A DNA stretch of 62,985 nt, filler included, from Reticulomyxa filosa (Eukaryota > Protista > Foraminifera): assembly GCA_000512085.1 (NCBI GenBank). It is 16 parts of 16 records of this genome, joined end to end, with 100 filler letters (N's around TTAATTAATTAA, not from the genome) between each part and the next. Parts side by side here need not be neighbours in the genome. Positions count along the whole stretch, not along the records: positions 52,060 to 54,437 come from ASPP01006362.1; positions 54,538 to 55,564 come from ASPP01017883.1; positions 55,665 to 58,076 come from ASPP01013408.1; positions 58,177 to 61,604 come from ASPP01043651.1; positions 61,705 to 62,985 come from ASPP01012400.1; 11 more parts are not named here. One strand, given 5' to 3'. Below are positions 52,803 to 62,985 of the stretch, one piece after another. Under the pieces are notes generated by a model. That model was not told the DNA's origin and made no database searches. It was given only the letters and a program-made list of their open reading frames with translations. The position numbers were made by a program, and so were the translations under genes. Numbering within the stretch: the stretch's first letter is position 1; every line of letters begins with the position of its first letter.

Positions 52803-53518
52803 CTATTGTTCGGATTTTGTAGAATTCAAAGTGTTGGCATTTGATGTTTGTTGAGCATCAGCAGAAAAAGGGGCATGCGTTCCCCAAGGACCGAAATTTT
52901 TAGCGACATCGGTAAGTCTCTTTTGAATATCATGCATGATAATGTCCTGTTTTCGAGGAGCCAAAAACTCGGACTTGAATATTGTTTGTTCTTGACGCAG
53001 TTCGTTCCAACTAATTCTGCGTTTGCTTAGTCCCAAAAACAGAAGGTTAATGGCAACCCATAAAAAAAACAACACGGCGCCAAGCGTATAATCAACAGTT
53101 TCCTGTATTTTGTGGTTGTGAATACTGGGCGCAACGGCACTATTTTCCACAATCACAGCGGTGACAATGGCCATACTTGTCAGAATGTAGTAGTTCATAT
53201 ACGACAGCACGCTCGTTTCGGGGACATTCCAGACACTACAAACTGATACGCCACGGCGGCCAGCAACACCGTCACACTCACACTCAGGCGACTCGACACG
53301 TCGTCCGCCGACATGCTAAACACTGCAAACGCGCAGCTGACAATCAGAAACAGCGGCACCTGCACATTCGCTATGTAATACTCAGAGCGTCGCTGCACGC
53401 GGCATGTTAGCAGCATGCGCGGCTCGCCCGAGTAATCCACCAGCGGCGTTCTATGTGTAAATGCACTTATCAAGGGATCCGACAGTCGAATGTGTAATGG
53501 TTCATCAAAAGTAACCTC

Positions 53519-53552
<34 letters not shown>

Positions 53553-54378
53553 GGGTATACGTAATGCAAGTTGTAAGGGAGGGGGGACCACATACATATA
53601 CACATGTATGTATATATGTACATATACATATACATATATGTACATATATATGTAATATGTATACGTATTTAGGATATGTATATTATGTACATATACATAT
53701 ACATACATATATACATATGTATATGTATATATTTATTTATATGACAAAACGTTCTAAAGGCGACTCAGGGACCCAAACAGGCTTAATCGTTATCCAAGAC
53801 CAATGACTTCGAAGTCCATTAATTTTCAAGTCCAACACTTGACGATCAAATGGAAACTGTCGCACGCTCATGTAGGTGTGCATGATGCACCGGAAATGGT
53901 ACACGAGCACGACTACGTATTTGTATTTTTCCAATTCTTGCTTTTCTTCGTCGGTTATCTTGCTCTTGTTAGCACTCGCGGGCAACTCCAGGTCAATCAC
54001 GTTGATGAATGGGTCTTGGATATGCTTTTGCGATGTCGAATTATCTTTTTATGTGTTTGTATGCGGGAGATTGCTTTTGTTTTCTTTTATTTTATTGGTA
54101 TTTTTCTTTCCTTTTTTTTTTTTAAAAAAAAAAAAAAGAGTGGGAGAGAAGGAGGAGTGCAAAAAAAAAAAAAAAAAAACTCACAAACCAAACAGGTTAT
54201 GTGGTTCCATTGGCAACTCAGAAAATGATGGTAATTCCTTCACATTTGACAACCAAAACAAGTCAAGGTAGCCGCTGACCGTAAATGTTTGTTTTACGAA
54301 ATCTATCTCTTCCAGTGTTATAAATGCCGACATGTACACTCGGCGGTTTTCCAACTTCTTTTGGTCTGCCAATTGCAT
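52803..54378 (-). CDS. Cys-less pentameric ligand-gated ion channel subunit (5' truncated)
   Basis: EIDFVKQTFTVSGYLDLFW, FPFDRQ, pre-M1 RRSEYY..N..VP, M2 RLSVSVTVLL, then M3 and M4. One frameshift near 53216. Confidence 0.88.
53590..53735. repeat. Intronic (TA/CA/TG) microsatellite-like tract
   Basis: Long run of TATACA/TATATG units inside an intron of the channel gene. Confidence 0.85.
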
Positions 54379-56200
54379 TGCAGCTCAAATGTGATGATAC
54401 TTCTTATTAAAAGGGGTGCCAATTTTTTAGTTCTTTTNNNNNNNNNNNNNNNNNNNNNNNNNNNNNNNNNNNNNNNNNNNNTTAATTAATTAANNNNNNN
54501 NNNNNNNNNNNNNNNNNNNNNNNNNNNNNNNNNNNNNTCCGAGTTCTAGAAAAGTGTGTTTTTGGTGTATCTTTTGAAATCTCAACTTATCGAGTAAAAG
54601 CTGATTCTACGTATGGACGATTTGCCAAAATGAGAGCGATGCGTCATATCTCTTAGTGGATTTCAAAATATGTATTTTTCATACAAGAACGAAACAGACA
54701 TATTCTTTTATGTGAAAAGCGTAGATTATTTTAGAACCAATTCCGGTCTTTCTACGACAATCCTATGTATTCTTTGGAAATATTTTAAAACTTTTTATGT
54801 ATTAAATGGATAAATAAAACTTTGCAATATACCTTGAAATATAAATATATCAAAAATTAGTTTTTTTCACACGTTTTGGCTGACAAGGAAAAGTAAGAAA
54901 CCAATAGGATATTTTTTTTACTGAACGTATTTATGGACTAATTGCATATTTGCAAATAAAGTAATTTTGAAGTATCTCTTTGCCATAAAAAAATTAAAAA
55001 TTAATGAAAAATATTGGGCAAAAAATGATCCTAAATTCAATTATTCAGTTTGGAAATAACTCGTAAACTATTGATAGAGATTATTTGGAATGAGTTTAAA
55101 AAAATAATAATTCAAAGCACCCATTTCATATATTTTGAGTAAACTAGAAATTAAAACAAAAAAAATTCTTGACACCAAGAAAAGTTTTTTTTAAGGAGAA
55201 GCAAAAACCTTGTTTGCTAGTAAAGAAGCAAAAATAATAAGAAATTAAAATTATTTCAACTATGCTCATATTCTTTTTGTATAGTTTAGAGGTTTGTCAA
55301 TTATTTGCAATGACAAAAAAGAGAACTCTTTTCTATAGAAAAAAAATTACATTAGTGTATATGTATAAATAATGGATGTTAATACTCTACAAAATAAAAT
55401 ATTTATTTCTCACAAAGTTTATTTTATTAAATAAAAGAATTTTTTATTGACCCTTCGTGAGCTTAAAAAAAAAGTTGAAAGCATCTTTTTCATCATCTTT
55501 GCATCATCAAAGATCATCTCAAAAAAAGATACTTTAGCTTAGTAATGAAAGTTTCGTTTAAGTTNNNNNNNNNNNNNNNNNNNNNNNNNNNNNNNNNNNN
55601 NNNNNNNNTTAATTAATTAANNNNNNNNNNNNNNNNNNNNNNNNNNNNNNNNNNNNNNNNNNNNTAGAAATCTCCAAGTCGCGTAGATACTTTTCAAAAA
55701 AAAATTATGCTTGTACCATTCGTAGTCTTTGAGAAAATTCATATTCTTTTATTCCAGTTTATTCACTTTTTATGCGGAATGATTCAAGGAGAAAATTAAT
55801 TATCATCATAAGATATGTTTTAGGCGTTCAGTTTTCTTTGCAACATACTGTATTTCATTTTTTTTTTTACTGGATTAACTGGGCAAACAGTCTTACTGCC
55901 GCAGCATAATTCCAACATTGTGAGTAATGCATTGTATCTTCAGAATTACTTTTAGTTGGATACACTTAATCACATCTTGCTAATAGGAATATACTGGGTG
56001 TTGCATTTGCATTGATGCTGAGAAGGCCGAATGCATCACAAAATTGACCCACATTATTATTATTTTTTTAATATCAAATTCCAAAACAAAGGAAAAGAAA
56101 CACACATACAAATGGACAATAAGGAAAAAAACGAAAACATACAAATAGGAGTACAACAAAATTAAAACCACAAAAGTAATAAGAAAGATTGACGAAAGCG

Positions 56201-57969
56201 TTAATGATTATTTAAAACTTTGGACAAATCTGAAAAGTTGAGATTGACATCAAATTTATTTTTTGCAAAAGTTCTTAATTGATGTGCAGTGGGTCTTTGT
56301 TTGTGCTCCTTGACAAACTCGTCCAAATACACAGACCAGTCTCCAGAAGGAGGAGACTGGCTGATTTCTTTTTTTCCTTCAATTTGAGTTTCAGTCAGGG
56401 TATTTGACTGGCCACTTTTATTAGACTTGCCAGGACTTGTAGATACTGGCAATAATCGTGGTGGTGGCCGTGGCCGTGACCGCGGCAGTGATGGCAACGG
56501 CAAAGGGATTGAAGGTGGAGGTGGGCGCAAAGGGGGCGATTGTGACTGCGGTGGAGGAGGAGTTGGCGACTGCGCTTGTGTCTGTGGCTCTGGAGGTGGA
56601 GATGACTGTGAGTGTGTTGGTGTTGGAGTTCGTGTATGTGACTGAGCCAGTAATGGTAGATAGAGAATCGGAGTCGATAGCAGTAAAGTGTCTTGTGGTT
56701 CAATTGTTATGACAGATAATTGAGGTAATTGACTATCTTGTTGGCAATCTTGCTGAGGTTGTGTTTTTGATTGAGATTGTGATTGTGATTGTGATTGTGA
56801 TTGTGATTGTGATTGTGATTGTGATTGTGATTGCATTTGTGATTGCATTTGTGATTGCATTTGTGATTGTGATTGTTGAGACTGATGCTGATGCTCGAAA
56901 TGGCGACATATACAATAGTCTTTGAAAGCATGCTTTTGAAACTGCGGGCATGAACATGCATGGACTGTACACGCAGAAAAGATTGGGGAATTGGGGCTGT
57001 CTTTCAACAGCGACTTTGCTTTGAAAATCTCATTTTTGGAGCAGGCTTTAAGTTTACGCTGGTCTTTGGGGTCGTGCTTGAGCTTAAGCCAAGGGGTGGC
57101 CTCGGCGTTGGTGAGGATGCCTTTTCCGACGATATTTTTGGACGCGTCGAGATGAGTTTGCGGATCGCTTGGGAACTTTTTCAGAGCTTCCTCTGAAAGC
57201 TCTCCTTGCAGCGTCAATGTGGAGCCCGATTTTGCGTCAGGATCGCTCCTTTGCTTCAAAACATTGGAAGGCATTGTTGGAGGCTTCATGAGATTAGATG
57301 CGACGACGGCAGAACAGTTGCGAAGGCGTTGTTGTTGTAAGTTCTCGCTATCGTTATTTACTATCTTTGAAATCGATGAATACTCTTCCGTCTTGTTGAA
57401 CCAAGTGTAGCAAGCTTTGCAAAGACGTTTCAACTCGTTTGCGTTGGATCCTGTTTGTCCACTGTTGTTATTGTTGCTGCTACCAGACAATCTTTTTTTT
57501 TTTTTTCAAAGTCATATAAAACGCTAACTAAAAAAGAGTGTAAAAAAAAAAAAAAAAAATAAGTGCAAGGAGGGAAAAAAAAAAAAAAGAAGACTCCAAA
57601 GTTAATAGTAAAAACTTGTTGTTGCTGCAAGAGTCACAAGCCAGAAGACCACAACGGTAGCAGTGATGTCTTCGTGACCAAAATGAAAACTCATTATTGC
57701 ATTCTCCGATCATGCATTGGGAACTAAAGTCGTCAGGTATCCATAAGGGCGCCTGATGCAGAAACTTGTCTGTCTCGCGGTCGCATTGGGACGTTGTCGG
57801 CATTGCATCTCGCATGGAGCGAGTGGACGAAGATAGAAGAAGAAAGTTCCTTTGATTCAATTCTCCGACTTTTTCGTCGATGCCTTCAACGCTGATGGAT
57901 TTCATGTGTTGGATATTGTTGTCAATGGCAACATCATTGTTAATATTATTATTATTATTATTATTATTA

Positions 57970-58025
<56 letters not shown>

Positions 58026-58076
58026 GCCATTGCCGTCGTCTGTGTCGTTTTCATATCGACGTGGGAGCAGAGGGAA
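56201..58076 (-). CDS. FYVE-domain protein with Cys/His cluster, QS repeats and proline-rich tail (5' truncated)
   Basis: WIPD...C....C...F....RRHHCYRCGLLACDSCS spliced to KRLCKAC. Poly-N, (QS)n and poly-P tracts. Confidence 0.88.
57944..58025. repeat. (ATT)n microsatellite encoding poly-Asn on the minus strand
   Basis: Near-perfect ATT run. Confidence 0.95.
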
Positions 58077-58176
58077 NNNNNNNNNNNNNNNNNNNNNNNN
58101 NNNNNNNNNNNNNNNNNNNNTTAATTAATTAANNNNNNNNNNNNNNNNNNNNNNNNNNNNNNNNNNNNNNNNNNNN

Positions 58177-58700
58177 ATACTTGAATTTGTCTACGAGATC
58201 GAATATCCCATAAACGAAAACTTTATCATTTGATCCAGATAGTATAGTATTTGCATCACCACTAATTTCTAATTCATTTGATCCATATTTTATACTAACA
58301 ATTTGTTCGGCTATTTAAATATCCCATATTCGAATAATTTCATCTAATGATCCAGAACAAATAGTATATCAATTATCATCAATCACGCCAATACTACTAC
58401 TTCCATTTATATTCAAATTACTTTATAATGGTGAAAAATCCACACACTGAACACCATATTGTGTTCATTAAAAATATATCATGATTTAAATATTTCAACA
58501 TCCCATAAACGGATTGCTTTATCCTCAGATCCAGAACACAAATATCAATCATCATTAAATGATGAAAATTCAATACTATAAACACGATTGTTGTATTTAT
58601 TTAGTATTTGTAATTGTTGATTATCTTTGATATCCCAAAAACAAATTGTTTTGTCATATGATGAATAACAAATAACATTACAAAAATGATTATGATAATG
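58177..58700 (-). pseudogene. WD40-repeat pseudogene
   Basis: SYDKTICFWDIK, *YLCSGSEDKAIRLWDVE, *YTICSGSLDEIIRIWDI* and TILSGSNDK, with multiple stops. Confidence 0.85.
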
Positions 58701-59355
58701 ATATGATAATACAATTTATAAAATTAATTAATCTTATTGTTTTAACTTGAAAGGAGAGAAAATTTTGAAAAGATAACAAGCAACACATTTTTATTTTATA
58801 TTTTAATTTCTAATGTTGTTTGTTTAATTCAATTGTCAAAGTCAATGAAAAGTAAGTAACTTAAATATTGATTAATTCCTCATTTTTAGTTGCTTTATGC
58901 TTTATGTTTATTATATTTTTAGAAAATGCACAAACAAAATCAAGAATATCATTATGATAAGGAAATGTATGTTTGCGAATTGATTTTTTGAACAATTATC
59001 ATTGAAAGAGTTTGTAAAATTCCAGTCGTATGTTAATTAACAAAAGAAAAGGTACCATCGAAGATTTGAGATAAGTGATACATTGCAAGAAAAGTGAGAA
59101 TAGTTCAATTGAAATTTTATAAATTTTAATTGGCAATAATGCGAGAATTGCATTCGCAAAAGCCAAACATAAAAAAAACAACAAATAACAACCACAAATG
59201 ACAAATAGCAAAAAACAAAGGCATAAACACACTTATAATATTTTTTGATGAACAAAAAACGTTATTCTAACATTTGTTACTAGCCTTCTCCTGTGATCGG
59301 CTTATTGGTAGGTTTGGACTTCAATTCGCCAATGTGATTACTTCTGCCGTGATTA

Positions 59356-60300
59356 TCATTGGCATTGCCATCTTGTTAGCGCGAGCATTTTCAGTTTGTT
59401 GGAAACAGCAGCCACATGCCAAACGAGGTCAGTGCAATTCTGACAGAGACGGTGGCAGTAGTCGTAGCATTTTGGTCCGTGTTTGAGTCGATTGCACTTC
59501 TTGCGTGAGCTCCTGGCGAGCCGGTGGTCTGTGGTGAAGTGGGTCCTAACAGAACCTTCTAACGGGTGCTTTTCCAGCAACGTGAGCGCATCATGCACTA
59601 CCTCTATCTTTGATATTTCCAAGCACGGTGATATCTTCACGAACACAATTGTAATGTTCGTTCGAATCACCGGCTCTGTGTCTTGGGCTTGAAGCTTCGC
59701 CAGCACAGGCATCAACACTTTACGCAGAGTCTTCATGTCCAATTTCGGTGCAAAGTGTAGCAATAATCGAATCGAGCATTTTCTTCATTGGAGAATTATG
59801 TCATTCAACTATACATTTAAAAATCTATTAACCTTCAAATTATTTGTCAAATAAAAATATTATTTATTTATTATACCTTAAAACTGGTGATTGATCCATA
59901 AAATCCATTAATAGCACAATGAAAAATATTTTTGGAAATAGTATTGATATCCAAATAATGAATGAACTTGTTCAAGTTTTTATATGTTGATATGGATGTT
60001 ATTTTCATTGTTTTTGAACAAATTGACGAGAATGGGCTTGACAATCTTTTTAGACTCTTCTTGTGTTTGCATTTTCGATATTTTCAAGACGCAAAACAAT
60101 ATGGATTGGCTTTACTCCGAGAAATGTTTCAGCAAACGGCTGATGGCAAGTATGATGATATACTTGCACCACTCTATCGGAAATGACTCAACATTTTGGC
60201 CAAGCGCTTGTAGAATCAGTCATTTTCTTTGTTCGACTTTAGCACAATTTCATCCAAATGCTTCACCGCTCGAACCAACGAGCGTTAAAAAAAAGTGACG
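59356..60300 (-). pseudogene. SCY1-like (SCYL1/Cex1) HEAT region, disrupted; may extend upstream
   Basis: LAKLQAQDTEPVIRTNITIVFVKISPCL (cf. IRTNTTICLGKI). Upstream exon has stops (END*FYKRL, FSE*SQ) and frameshifts. Confidence 0.65.
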
Positions 60301-61717
60301 ACAAAAGATTGTTTGTTGTTAAACGCAGCTGTGCCTCCATTTTTTTTAGATAATGGGTCAATATCATCATGCAAGATTGCACAATTTTTATACGTTCTTC
60401 TTTCTCTTCATTTGTGACTCCATCACCACTGGTTGTGGCTTAAGCGTACTACTTTTAGAGAAAAAAACAAACTAATTTGAATTGCTTACAAAAAAAAAAA
60501 GACAAAAATATAAACTTTTAACTTGAATAACTTTGCGCATTTGAATGAATGAATCATACAATATAAATAGTCCAACCATTTCCTTTCAATCTTGCTTGCA
60601 ACGATAATAAAATTCTTTTGTATTGAAAAATGATATAATAATTGATCGAACTGCAGTGTCCAAGTCATAATATTTTCCACCAACGTGGAAATATTACCAA
60701 TTTGCGTATCTGATGTGTATTGTAACATTTGGAGCTACTTACAACATATCCCAAATACATGTGAATGCAATTGACACTAATATCTGATTAAGCCAGATAA
60801 TTGAATTATGCACATTGATTATTTGTAATGAATTAGCTCCATTGACTTTGGATGTGTCTTTGAAAAGTTTAATGTTGTGCGATTGCAAACACATAATATT
60901 TCCATTGTCACTTGCGTTCGTTTCTGTGTATCATCCATAACAGTCCCATTGCCTTGATGAAATACATACCGTTACCTCATAGTGATTTATTGTGCTGACC
61001 CCTTCATTCACCTTTTCTCTGTAGGTATGGATAAGTCTTGTTCATTTGCGCAAATTGGTCCATGTTGATGCATCTCCTCTTTTCTTTTTTTTTCTTCTTT
61101 CTCTCACTCCAAACCAAGTAAAGTGCTTCACAGCGAAATGATCTAGGTTCACATTGCTTTGATTGAACAACCACTGAACACATAACACAAAGAATAAATA
61201 TACAAACCAAACTTCAAATATAGCTTCTTTCTTTCACACCTGATCGATGTTTGCCATTTTGTTTTTGCCTTTTTTTTTCCACAGATCCCGGTAAAGATAT
61301 CTTTTGTTGGACTTTGTGTACTGATCCGCGGACTTATCACTAAGCAATTCACTTGAGTCTTCATTGTGATATATCAAGATGAAATATGATTGATATAAAT
61401 TAACACTGTCTTCTTCATCATCGGTGATGGTTTGTAATACGGCACATTTATGATTGTTGATATGCTTGCGACATGTTTTCCTCCAATGCGAGTTAATCAG
61501 CCTGCTTGTTGGACGTTTTTTCGCAATACAATTATGCCCAAGCTGTTTTTAAGTGATCCCTTTATTGCACATTAAATTTATCCGACAATAATATCAACGC
61601 GTTGNNNNNNNNNNNNNNNNNNNNNNNNNNNNNNNNNNNNNNNNNNNNTTAATTAATTAANNNNNNNNNNNNNNNNNNNNNNNNNNNNNNNNNNNNNNNN
61701 NNNNTGGAAAAAGCTCG

Positions 61718-62860
61718 ATGAGCGAAATGAAAATCGGAATCTTGTTGTTGAGTGCCCTGGTCATCGCCCTGGTATTCGGCTTCAATTTTTACCAGGAATG
61801 GCGCTTCCGCAAGAAGACCCGCCAGGCCTTTGCGCGCCATCATGCCGACGTGCTGCTGGACGTACCCAAGAACAATGTCCGTGACGGCAAGCAGGAGCGG
61901 CTGGAACCGGTGCTGCTGGACGACGAGGAAGACAGCACCCCTGCCTACCTGAACGACGTGCCGCCGCCACCGCTGGTGCGCCAGCCCGAGCCGCAGCCGG
62001 TGGCAGAGGCCCCGCTAGAGGAGATGCCGGAGCTGGACGCCGCCGATCACCAGGCGCTGGTGGTATCGCTGCTGGACCCGTCGCTGGACTTCATCGCCGA
62101 AGTGGCGTTTGCCCAGCCGCAGCCGCTGACGCAGCTGCCGCGCTTCAATGTGGCCAAACGCGTGCAGGCCATTTTGCGTACCGAGCGCGGGCTGTGGAAG
62201 CCGGCCGAAATCGTGCCCGGCACCCGTTACAAGCAAGTGAACTTCGGCCTGCAGCTGGTGGATCGCGGTGGCGCGGTGACCGAGCAGGAGCTGGCCAGTT
62301 TCTGCCAGCAAGTCAGCCACTACGCCGAGAAACTCGGTGCCCAGGTCAGCTTCCCGCAACGCCAGCAGAAGCTGGTGTCGGCACGCGAGCTGGACCGCTT
62401 CTGCGTCGACGTGGACGTGCTGATCGGCATCAACATCGTGCCGGGCAAGCCGATTTCCGGCGCCCGCCTGCGCAGCGTGGTGGAAGCCGCCGGCCTGCAA
62501 CTGGAGCCGGATGGCCAGTTCCACTATCTGGCCGATTCCGGCAACACGCTGTTCTCGCTGGCTTCGGCCGACCAGACCCCGTTTACCCTGCACACCTTGC
62601 TGGATAAGCAATTCCCGGCCCTGACGCTGATGTTCGACGTGCCGCGTGTTGCCGGTGGCGTGGCGGTGTTCGACCGTGCCGTGCAGTTTGCCAAGCAACT
62701 GGCGCAGGAGTTTGGCGGCCAACTGGTGGACGACAACCGCCGCGCCCTCAGCGACCAGGGCCTGGCGCAGATTCGCGACCAGCTGACGCGCATCTACGGC
62801 AATATGGACGATCGTGGCATCGCCCCGGGTAGCGTGGCGGCCCTGCGTCTGTTTGCCTGA
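61718..62860 (+). CDS. zipA: Bacterial cell division protein ZipA (betaproteobacterial type)
   Basis: N-terminal TM followed by FNFYQEWRFRKK, Pro-rich linker, GLQLVDRGG, ELDRFCVDVDVLIG, MFDVPRV and LVDDNRR...ALRLF. High GC, no introns. Confidence 0.9.
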   Translation: MSEMKIGILLLSALVIALVFGFNFYQEWRFRKKTRQAFARHHADVLLDVPKNNVRDGKQERLEPVLLDDEEDSTPAYLNDVPPPPLVRQPEPQPVAEAPLEEMPELDAADHQALVVSLLDPSLDFIAEVAFAQPQPLTQLPRFNVAKRVQAILRTERGLWKPAEIVPGTRYKQVNFGLQLVDRGGAVTEQELASFCQQVSHYAEKLGAQVSFPQRQQKLVSARELDRFCVDVDVLIGINIVPGKPISGARLRSVVEAAGLQLEPDGQFHYLADSGNTLFSLASADQTPFTLHTLLDKQFPALTLMFDVPRVAGGVAVFDRAVQFAKQLAQEFGGQLVDDNRRALSDQGLAQIRDQLTRIYGNMDDRGIAPGSVAALRLFA

Positions 62861-62903
62861 TGCGGTTTACCACTGCCCGCCGTGGTAGTGCTTCGTTCAA
62901 TCC

Positions 62904-62932
62904 CGCGCCGGCCTAGCCGGCGCGCTGCTTTT
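62904..62932 (+). terminator. GC hairpin after zipA (possible weak intrinsic terminator)
   Basis: CGCGCCGGC-CTA-GCCGGCGCG followed by CTGCTTTT. Confidence 0.5.
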
Positions 62933-62943
62933 CCGGGTGAGCC

Positions 62944-62985
62944 ATGACTGCCATTCCCGCCGCCATTACGTCCCGTGCCACCGAG
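62944..62985 (+). CDS. ligA: Probable start of NAD-dependent DNA ligase
   Basis: Only MTAIPAAITSRATE is visible. The call rests on conserved zipA-ligA gene order. Confidence 0.5.
   Translation, partial: MTAIPAAITSRATE

Noticed and set aside
46731-58076. Clustering of two FYVE genes and other trafficking genes
   Set aside because: They lie on different contigs, so the adjacency is artificial.
59900-60300. Stop-codon reassignment explaining in-frame stops
   Set aside because: Intact genes end in TAA, TAG and TGA and lack internal stops; the stops here co-occur with frameshifts.
62015-62722. 235-aa antisense ORF over zipA
   Set aside because: Shadow ORF expected from GC-rich codon usage.

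Overview
This window is not one locus. It is 16 unrelated contigs joined by 15 identical artificial 100-nt spacers (N44-TTAATTAATTAA-N44), so adjacency across a spacer has no biological meaning. Contigs 1-15 are AT-rich, intron-rich protist DNA. The decayed WD40 family signature (FSPLQ..NNNN..GYTI.SGS.DNT..LWD.ET), long homopolymers and several pseudogenes point to the foraminiferan Reticulomyxa filosa or a relative (inference). Recognisable genes: UTP15 (3' part), an RCC1-repeat protein, a divergent uS8-like protein, PGS1 (5' part), TEL2 (fragment), an S28 peptidase, Tctex-1 dynein light chain, mS38/COX24-like, CDC14 (5' part), RPL13A, ATP synthase epsilon, G-alpha, a COX6B-like protein, a PH-BEACH-WD40-FYVE protein, a Cys-less pentameric channel and a FYVE protein. 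Pseudogenes: two WD40 and one SCYL1-like. Mobile DNA: Tc1/mariner-like remnants on three contigs and a decayed LINE endonuclease. Most notable: a CUE-PUB-ART-like gene, a degenerate RelA/SpoT-like domain followed by ankyrin-like repeats, an intron-containing Bacteroidetes-type cytidylyltransferase/GHMP fusion, and a GC-rich three-hairpin island. Contig 16 is GC-rich bacterial DNA (zipA and a probable ligA start). All family calls come from reading motifs by eye, and exon boundaries are manual.
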